DNA from: Promethearchaeota archaeon
GTDB lineage: Archaea; Asgardarchaeota; Lokiarchaeia; Sigyniarchaeales; SOKP01
Length of the DNA: 13,212 nt
Assembly: GCA_048941265.1 (NCBI GenBank)
Contig: JBHLNT010000117.1
Coordinates: 1 to 13,212 of the forward strand
Direction of reading: 5' to 3'
Numbering within the stretch: position 1 is the first letter of the stretch; each line of letters starts with the position of its first letter. The position numbers and the translations under genes are program-made. Under the pieces are notes generated by a model. The model ran no database searches. It worked only from the letters and a program-made list of their open reading frames with translations, and had not been told where the DNA came from. Positions 6,755 through 13,212 of the stretch are shown here, in pieces.

Positions 6755-7681
6755 TTATCCAAACCTTATTTCGATGGCATCATAAGGACAGGATTCCATG
6801 CATCTTGCGCATAAATTACATTCTCCATTTCCTGTAAAAAATTCAAAAGGTTCATCTAATATTCGGATCTGCTTTGGGCAGATTCTTTCACAAATTCCAC
6901 AATCTGCTCTACCGACACATCTTACTGGATTTCGCGATAACTTCAAAAACGAATAATCGCTAATCGCCGCAGTAATCGCTCCAAAAGGACATATATATCT
7001 GCAATAAGCTCGAGGATAGTATGCTGATACGATAAGCACAATTAGATAAAATGCAAAAATAACAAATACAGCAAACTCCGTAAAAAGAGGTTCTAAATTC
7101 TCTATTTCCCACATTTTCTCAACCAATTGAGGAAAAAATACAAAAATATATTCTGAAAGAGAAAAATATCCGACTGGATTTCTGGCGATATCTCCTAAAG
7201 CCTGCTTATAATCGTGATAGAAACCCTTATCTGTTGTTTTCGTAATACCCAAGGGAACGATGATAAATAATAACAAAATGACAATTAGATACTTCAAATT
7301 CAATAATGTTTTATGCCATTCAAGGCCTACTTTTTTTTTCTTTGTAGGAAAAGCAGATAATCCATCTTGTATCGTTCCAATGGGGCATATCCAACCACAG
7401 AAAAATCGATTTGAAAATAATACGATCAAAAGGAGTATTCCTAAAAGCAAAAATGGAAATTCACCTTCTGCTATGAAATAAAAAATATATTCCGCAAATC
7501 CAGCTCCCTTTGATAATGGATTTTCTGGGGCTGCAAGAATAGGGAGGGCTTTTACAAACGGTTCTAGACTGTTTAAATTAATCATAAAAATAAATTCTAA
7601 AATCGCGTAATTAATAATCACAAAAGAAACGAATTGTACTATTCTTCGAGGTATAGAGAACCTATATTCTTTTAATGTCAA
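6755..7681 (-). CDS. Membrane-bound 4Fe-4S polyferredoxin, NapH/MauN-like
   Basis: Hydrophobic helices with RFFCGWICP and RAYCRYICP motifs, plus two C-terminal ferredoxin motifs (CVGRADCGICERICP, CNLCARCMESCP). TTG start; the exact start is uncertain. Confidence 0.85.
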   Translation of the reverse strand: MTLKEYRFSIPRRIVQFVSFVIINYAILEFIFMINLNSLEPFVKALPILAAPENPLSKGAGFAEYIFYFIAEGEFPFLLLGILLLIVLFSNRFFCGWICPIGTIQDGLSAFPTKKKKVGLEWHKTLLNLKYLIVILLLFIIVPLGITKTTDKGFYHDYKQALGDIARNPVGYFSLSEYIFVFFPQLVEKMWEIENLEPLFTEFAVFVIFAFYLIVLIVSAYYPRAYCRYICPFGAITAAISDYSFLKLSRNPVRCVGRADCGICERICPKQIRILDEPFEFFTGNGECNLCARCMESCPYDAIEIRFG

Positions 7682-7876
7682 TAGAATTCCACATGGTTTA
7701 AAATTTTAAGATAATAAATAATTACTCTTTAAAAAAATTAAGTTTTCATACATATTTGAAAATTAACTCTTTTGAAAAATGAGAATAAGAGGGTAGAAAT
7801 TATTTTAGTAATAATATTACGATTTTTTAGCGCTTTAGTTGCTTTTCAAATTTTCTATGAATTATCGTGTATAATA

Positions 7877-9787
7877 TCATTTTAAAATGATAGTTTCTCT
7901 ATTTTTTGGAGCTTTGGTGGCTTTCCTTAATTTTTTGTGAATCATCGTTGATAAGCTTACACATTTGCTCTCTTCTCCATGATTAGTTATAACTATTTTA
8001 GGTCTTGGTTGAATTCGGCGCAGAAATTGTGATATTTGACTCCTTGATGAATGTCCACTAAAACCTTCCAGAGTAAAAACATTCAAATTTAGTTTTACTA
8101 ACTGAGTTCTTCCTTTTGCGTCAACGTATTGAAATTCTCGAAATCCTCGTTGAATTCTATTACCAAGCGTTCCAGCAACCTGATAAGAAACAAAAATTAG
8201 GGCACTATTTTTATCATTTGCTAAACCTTTTAAATATTGAACAGAAGGACCTCCAATTAACATACCACTTGTAGCCATAATAATACAAGGTCCTCCTTTC
8301 AGCACATCTAATCTTTCCTCATGAGCCGTAATAGTAGTAAAAAAGTCGCTTAAAAATGGATTTTTACCTTGATGTAGTATTTTTTCTCTTAGATCACTAC
8401 TTAGAAAATCAGGGTTAGCAGTATGAATAGCCGTAGCTTCACTGATTAATCCGTCAAGAAAAATAGGAACATTTTGAATCACTTCTTTCGAAATAAATTC
8501 TTCTAGAATTATTATTAGTTCTTGCGCCCTTCCTACTGCCAATACAGGGATTAAAATTTTTCCTCCTTTATTAATCGTTGAGTTTAAGATTTGTTTGAGC
8601 TCTCTTTCTGATTCGTGCCGGCTAGGAATTCGATCTTGCGGTCCACCATAAGTAGCTTCAAGAAGCAAACTCTCCACTCTAGGAAATTTAACATTAGCTT
8701 TTTCTAGCAATCGGGTTTTTTGAAATTTAAAATCCCCAGTATATACAAAATTATACCCTCCCTTTCCAAAGTGTAAGTGTACGATCGAAGAGCCCAATAT
8801 ATGACCAGAATTATGGAGCGTCAATTTAATATCCGGAGCTATATCAGTAACTTTACCCCATGAAAGCGGAATCGTATGAAGTACTGTTGTCTTTACATCT
8901 CTCTTAGAATATGGGCTTATAACCCCCTCCTTCTCACATATTTGGACATAATCTAATTGCAGCATTGTTGATAGGTTTCTAGTAGGTAATGTACAATAAA
9001 CAGGACCCCTATAACCGTATTTGAAAAGGAAAGGTACAAGTCCACAATGATCCAAATGTGCATGAGAAACGATTACTGCATCTAAATCTCGCACACTGAA
9101 TTCTGGAATTTCAAAAAAAGGATATTTTTCATTCGGATTTCCTACATTTAATCCACAATCAAGTAAGACATTACTATCTCTGGTTTGCATAAGGATACAA
9201 GACCTTCCAACTTCCCGAAATCCACCTAAAGAGGTCATACGGACACATAGATCATTAAAAAGGATTGGACGATGTATTCTTTTCCCAATAATTAATAAAA
9301 TTTCTTTCTGAGTTTTTCTTTCTTGCTTGAGCATCCCCCTAATTAATTGGATAGTCCGTGATGTTAATGGAGGTGTTCTTATGGTTTTTGGTTGCCAGAA
9401 GGTATTAGCTCGAATTTCTTTCAAATTGACTCCTTTTTTACCAATAACTAATCCTGGTTTACCCGATTCAATTATAACTTCCCCTCTAGTATGATCAAAT
9501 TCAATAGCCGAAATCTCCGCTTCCTCACCTACTAAATTTCTTATATAATCTTCTGTTTCATTAGGATCCTTTCTTTTTTCTACATTCCATCGAAAAACTA
9601 CTCTCTTCCTCATTATTTTTGCTAGATCCTTAAGAACAGTTGAATTATCATCCAGACTTAAATCTGAATTCTCAGAATAAACAGCAATTTCAGGACCCTC
9701 AAATTCAATTTTTTGTACTTTTATTTCAGCAGGAAGATTAGAGACAATCTCATCTTTAATTCTTTGTAATTCACTCTCAAAACTCAT
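7877..9787 (-). CDS. fttA: aCPSF1/FttA: KH-domain beta-CASP ribonuclease (archaeal transcription termination factor)
   Basis: 636 aa. It has N-terminal KH domains (IEFEGPEIAVY, KPGLVIGKKG), LGGFREVGRSC, the metallo-beta-lactamase SHAHLDH, GHILGS, YTGD, EATYG, GFSGHS and NHGE. Confidence 0.95.
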   Translation of the reverse strand: MSFESELQRIKDEIVSNLPAEIKVQKIEFEGPEIAVYSENSDLSLDDNSTVLKDLAKIMRKRVVFRWNVEKRKDPNETEDYIRNLVGEEAEISAIEFDHTRGEVIIESGKPGLVIGKKGVNLKEIRANTFWQPKTIRTPPLTSRTIQLIRGMLKQERKTQKEILLIIGKRIHRPILFNDLCVRMTSLGGFREVGRSCILMQTRDSNVLLDCGLNVGNPNEKYPFFEIPEFSVRDLDAVIVSHAHLDHCGLVPFLFKYGYRGPVYCTLPTRNLSTMLQLDYVQICEKEGVISPYSKRDVKTTVLHTIPLSWGKVTDIAPDIKLTLHNSGHILGSSIVHLHFGKGGYNFVYTGDFKFQKTRLLEKANVKFPRVESLLLEATYGGPQDRIPSRHESERELKQILNSTINKGGKILIPVLAVGRAQELIIILEEFISKEVIQNVPIFLDGLISEATAIHTANPDFLSSDLREKILHQGKNPFLSDFFTTITAHEERLDVLKGGPCIIMATSGMLIGGPSVQYLKGLANDKNSALIFVSYQVAGTLGNRIQRGFREFQYVDAKGRTQLVKLNLNVFTLEGFSGHSSRSQISQFLRRIQPRPKIVITNHGEESKCVSLSTMIHKKLRKATKAPKNRETIILK

Positions 9788-10137
9788 ATTTATTACTCTC
9801 TTTTAAATAAATAAATAACGCATCAGAAATATTTGATTTTTATATTAAATCAATCATTTAAACTACGTATCAAATTTTTATATATTTATACTACAAAATT
9901 TATTTGTATATGAAGATATTTTGATTATTTTTTAATTCTGGTTTTGGATAAACGAGATATATTAATTCTCTTACATAATTTTATTTATGAGAGAATTTAG
10001 TTAAAAAATAATTTCTATAATTCTAATTTTATTATACTAATTGTCAAATAAAAACCTTATGATTATGGAAAATATGGTAAAGTTTTATAGTTTATAAGAT
10101 TGGATAAGTTTTTTTTAAAGGGAAAATTAGATGATAT

Positions 10138-10770
10138 ATGGCAAAAGTAAAAATTGGAGCAATTGCATCGGGGAGTGGCTCAAATTTTGAAGCTATAGTT
10201 AAATCCACTGAAAGTGGAATTTTAAAAGATAAAGCAACCGTTGAGGTTTTAATTTGCAATAAGTCAGGAGCCTATTGTATGCAACGAGCTAAAAATCATA
10301 ACATTCCCCATACATTAATCGAATCCGATAAACATAAAGGTACTCGGGAAGAGTTTGACCAAAAAATGATCGATGTTCTTAAAGAATACGAATGTGAATT
10401 AATAGTACTTGTGGGATATATGAGGCTTGTTTCCTCAATGTTCATCAAAGCTTTCAATGGTAATGTTATGAATATACACCCCTCTTTATTACCTTCTTTT
10501 AAAGGAATGCATGCACACCGAGACGTTTTAGAATATGGAGTTAAAGTTTCTGGATGTACTGTTCATTTTGTCGATGCTGATGCTGACCACGGACCAATTA
10601 TTTTACAAAAATGCGTGAAAGTGCATGATAACGACACAGAAGACTCTCTTGGACCAAGAGTATTAGAATGGGAGCATAAAGTCTTCCCTAAATGTATTGA
10701 ACTTTATTGTGATAAAAGATTGCACATTGATGATCGAATCGTTAAAATTGATGGAGAAGTGAACTTATAA
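10138..10770 (+). CDS. purN: Phosphoribosylglycinamide formyltransferase
   Basis: Motifs ASGSGSNFEAI, LVGYMRLV, NIHPSLLPSFKG, GCTVHFVD..DHGPII and EH..FP. Confidence 0.95.
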   Translation: MAKVKIGAIASGSGSNFEAIVKSTESGILKDKATVEVLICNKSGAYCMQRAKNHNIPHTLIESDKHKGTREEFDQKMIDVLKEYECELIVLVGYMRLVSSMFIKAFNGNVMNIHPSLLPSFKGMHAHRDVLEYGVKVSGCTVHFVDADADHGPIILQKCVKVHDNDTEDSLGPRVLEWEHKVFPKCIELYCDKRLHIDDRIVKIDGEVNL

Positions 10771-10772
10771 AT
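10765..10772 (+). promoter_or_regulatory. Putative TATA box for the downstream C/D-like RNA, overlapping the purN stop codon
   Basis: TTATAAAT lies about 25-30 nt upstream of the start of the terminal stem at 10796/10797 and is preceded by a purine-rich BRE-like stretch. The AT-rich background lowers specificity. Confidence 0.45.
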
Positions 10773-10795
10773 AATTAATTCTAATAAAAATATTA

Positions 10796-10898
10796 AGGGA
10801 AATGATTTTTTAATGAGCCCTCTGACCCAGCTGAGATTGGTATTCGATATATCAATTAAATGAAGAAGATCTTGAGTAGCGAGAAAAGTCATTTCCCT
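10796..10898 (+). ncRNA. Box C/D-like 2'-O-methylation guide sRNA with two kink-turns
   Basis: 16-bp terminal stem 10796-10811/10883-10898. C-like ATGAGC at 10813, 12-nt guide 10819-10830, D' CTGA 10831-10834, 9-bp internal stem, C' ATGAAGA 10860-10866, 12-nt guide 10867-10878 and D-like GCGA 10879-10882. Confidence 0.75.
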
Positions 10899-10986
10899 CT
10901 CTTATCTCTATTTTATAAATACTAAAATATTAATCAAATTAATTATACTTTTAATTAATTTTAATGAATAAATCTTTGTAAAATAC

Positions 10987-13176
10987 ATGCCTCGTCGAAA
11001 AGAGATTTCTGAAATTTTAAGTTTAATGGAAAAAACACAGAACATTAGAAATATTGGATTTGTTGGACATATCGATCACGGTAAAACAACGTTATCTGAT
11101 TCACTCTTAAGCGAGGCAGGTTTACTTAGTCCAGAATTGGCGGGTGAGGCACGAGCTTTAGATTTTCTTGAAGAGGAACAAAAGCGGGGAATAACCATGA
11201 AATCTGCCAATATTTCGCTATATTACGAGAAATCTCTTGAGGGACATGAGCCTTTTCTAATTAATCTTGTGGATACTCCAGGACATTTAGATTTCAGTGG
11301 AAAAGTTACTAGGGCACTAAGACTTGTTGATGGGGTTGTAGTAGTCGTTGATGCCGTTGAAGAGATAATAACTCAATCGGAAACAGTAATAAGACAGGCA
11401 TTGCAGGAGGGAGTTAAACCCGCTCTTTTTATCAATAAAGTGGATAGACTAATTAGGGAATTAAAACTTACAGATGAAGAAATTAGGAAAAAATACGTAA
11501 GAATCATTAATGATTTTAATACATTAATAGAAAGGTATGCGACTCCACCTTTTAATAAAGAATGGAAAGTTTCTCCAGCTGAGGGAAATGTAGCGTTTGG
11601 TTCCGCGCTTCATAAGTGGGGCTTTACTGCAAAAATCATGGAAAAAAGCGATATCAAGTTTAGTGGGATTAGAGCACGATATAAAAAAGAGACATATTCT
11701 AAAGATTCTTATAGTGATTTGCAAATTTATCTTCCAATACACAGAGCCATCTTAGAAATGGTCGTTGATCATCTCCCAAATCCTAGTGAAGCTCAAAAAT
11801 ATAGAATTAAAAAGATCTACGAAGGAGATCTGAATACAGAAGTAGGGAGAGCTATGGTTAAATGCGATCCTAATGGTCCATTAATAATATGTTTGAGTAA
11901 AGTCCAAGCCGATAAACATGGTTTAGTTGCCACAGGAAGGATTTTTTCAGGTAAATGCTCTAAAAAAAGAGAGATATTTCTTTTAAGAGAAAATAATTAT
12001 GAAACTATTCAAAGAATAGGGATTTTCATGGGGCAAAGAAGAGAACAAGTAGATGAGATTCCAGTTGGAAACATTGTAGCTATAGAAGGTCTGAAAGAAA
12101 TTAAAAGTGGGGAAACTATAGTTGAGGCTAATTATCTTAATCAAATTATACCTTTTGAAAATGTGAAGTATATTACTACGCCAGTTGTTACAGCATCATT
12201 AGAGCCAGAATACTTAAGAGATCTAGATAAAATGAAAGAACTCATTGAAAATTTGTTAATTGAAGACCCTAATTTAAAGTTCGAAATTAATGAAGAAAAT
12301 GGGGAATTTTTATTATCAGGGATGGGGCCACTACATCTTGAAATCAGTACGAATGAATTAGCAAAAAGAGGAGTACTCGTTTCAATCTCTGAACCAAGAG
12401 CCGTATTTAAAGAGTCTTGTAAATATTATTCATCATTAATTAAAACTGTCTCCCCCAATGGTAAAAATGCACTTGAATTAAAAATAGAAAGACTTGATGA
12501 AAAATCTGTGAGATTCTTTCAATCTACAGATAACCGCTCCATAAAACCGTTTAGCAGATTACAAGAAGTTTTAAGAGAAAAATCTGGTCTTAGTGAGACA
12601 GAAGTCAAAAAATTTTGGAAAACTGATGAGGACCAGAACGTATTAATTTATTTAGGAAATTCTGAATTAAACGACTCTTCTAAGGATCTAATCCCTAAAA
12701 TAATAGAAAAAATTCATTTAAATGGCCCTCTCTGCGGCGAAAAAATAACAGAAATTAAAATTTTAATACATGAATTGAGTATTAGTGAATTAGATGAGGA
12801 AAGTGCTTTCACTGAATTATCTACTATGTTTTATGAAGCGATTAAAAAAGGATTAACTGAAAGTGAATTAATATTATTAGAACCCATATATCATACAATA
12901 ATCCAACTCCCTCCAGATTACATCAAAAACGTACTTACGCTTCTTTCAAAATATTCTGCTAAGATTAAAACTATTGACCAAGAAAAAGAATATCAAGCAA
13001 TTATTGAAATTTTATTACCTGTGAGGAATTCCATTAAATTTGCTGAGGATATCAGGTCAACAACGTCAGGAAGGGCATTCTGGCAAAATGAATTTTATGC
13101 TTTTATGGAAGTTCCCGAGCAAGAATCAAATGCTATTATAAGTGATTTGCGATTTACAAAAGGTCTATCATGGTAA
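10987..13176 (+). CDS. Archaeal elongation factor 2 paralog (aEF-2p-like) lacking the diphthamide motif
   Basis: Intact GTPase motifs GHIDHGKTT, RGITM, DTPGH, NKVD and GSA, plus EF-2 domain III/V motifs (EDP, GMGPLHLEI, LLEPIY, IRSTTSGRAFW). Domain IV is divergent, with SISELDEESAFTEL where HEDxxHRG is expected. Confidence 0.88.
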   Translation: MPRRKEISEILSLMEKTQNIRNIGFVGHIDHGKTTLSDSLLSEAGLLSPELAGEARALDFLEEEQKRGITMKSANISLYYEKSLEGHEPFLINLVDTPGHLDFSGKVTRALRLVDGVVVVVDAVEEIITQSETVIRQALQEGVKPALFINKVDRLIRELKLTDEEIRKKYVRIINDFNTLIERYATPPFNKEWKVSPAEGNVAFGSALHKWGFTAKIMEKSDIKFSGIRARYKKETYSKDSYSDLQIYLPIHRAILEMVVDHLPNPSEAQKYRIKKIYEGDLNTEVGRAMVKCDPNGPLIICLSKVQADKHGLVATGRIFSGKCSKKREIFLLRENNYETIQRIGIFMGQRREQVDEIPVGNIVAIEGLKEIKSGETIVEANYLNQIIPFENVKYITTPVVTASLEPEYLRDLDKMKELIENLLIEDPNLKFEINEENGEFLLSGMGPLHLEISTNELAKRGVLVSISEPRAVFKESCKYYSSLIKTVSPNGKNALELKIERLDEKSVRFFQSTDNRSIKPFSRLQEVLREKSGLSETEVKKFWKTDEDQNVLIYLGNSELNDSSKDLIPKIIEKIHLNGPLCGEKITEIKILIHELSISELDEESAFTELSTMFYEAIKKGLTESELILLEPIYHTIIQLPPDYIKNVLTLLSKYSAKIKTIDQEKEYQAIIEILLPVRNSIKFAEDIRSTTSGRAFWQNEFYAFMEVPEQESNAIISDLRFTKGLSW

Positions 13177-13186
13177 AATTGACAAA

Positions 13187-13212
13187 TGCGCCCGCCGGGA
13201 TTTGAATACCCG
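13187..13212 (-). tRNA. 3' end of a tRNA (probably Leu), truncated by the window, with an apparent intron boundary at 53/54
   Basis: Minus strand: ...CGGG TA | TTCAAAT CCCGG CGGGCGC A, which is T-loop, T-stem 3' strand, acceptor 3' strand and discriminator A. The ...CGC-A end is typical of archaeal tRNA-Leu. The anticodon is not visible. Confidence 0.75.

Noticed and set aside
7260-7481. 73-aa plus-strand ORF
   Set aside because: Antisense shadow of the 4Fe-4S membrane protein.
7862-7879. Possible TGA (Sec) readthrough at the end of aCPSF1
   Set aside because: The protein already ends at the normal family C-terminus (ETIILK), and readthrough adds only a few residues before TAA.
9788-10137. 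350-bp very AT-rich spacer as possible origin, CRISPR leader or ncRNA
   Set aside because: No ORB-like repeats, repeat-spacer array or stable stems were seen. It is adequately explained as the divergent promoter region of aCPSF1 and purN.
10704-10892. 62-aa minus-strand ORF
   Set aside because: It overlaps the purN 3' end and the C/D-like RNA, which explains the sequence better. No protein motif is present.
11524-11742. 72-aa minus-strand ORF
   Set aside because: Antisense shadow inside the EF-2 paralog.

Overview
Low-GC archaeal chromosomal window, most likely Asgard archaea (Lokiarchaeia-like). This is inferred from a divergent EF-2 paralog lacking the diphthamide loop, an aCPSF1/FttA nuclease, archaeal tRNAs with BHB-type introns and a eukaryote-like winged-helix repeat protein. 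Protein genes: hisA (5'-truncated), a CcdA/DsbD_2-like membrane protein, a 789-aa Zn-finger + 5x winged-helix (DDRGK/UFL1/PCI-like) + appendage-like protein, a NikR-like regulator, a parvulin, a dGTPase-like HD protein, a NapH/MauN-type 4Fe-4S membrane protein, aCPSF1, purN and an EF-2 paralog. The ORF track misses most of the RNA content. That includes tRNA-Gln(CUG) with a 25-nt D-loop intron and a truncated tRNA (probably Leu) with an apparent intron at position 53/54. There is also a double kink-turn box C/D-like guide RNA with non-canonical outer boxes, whose D guide predicts Cm34 on tRNA-Leu(CAA), and an unidentified ~170-nt structured RNA candidate. No mobile element or CRISPR array was seen.
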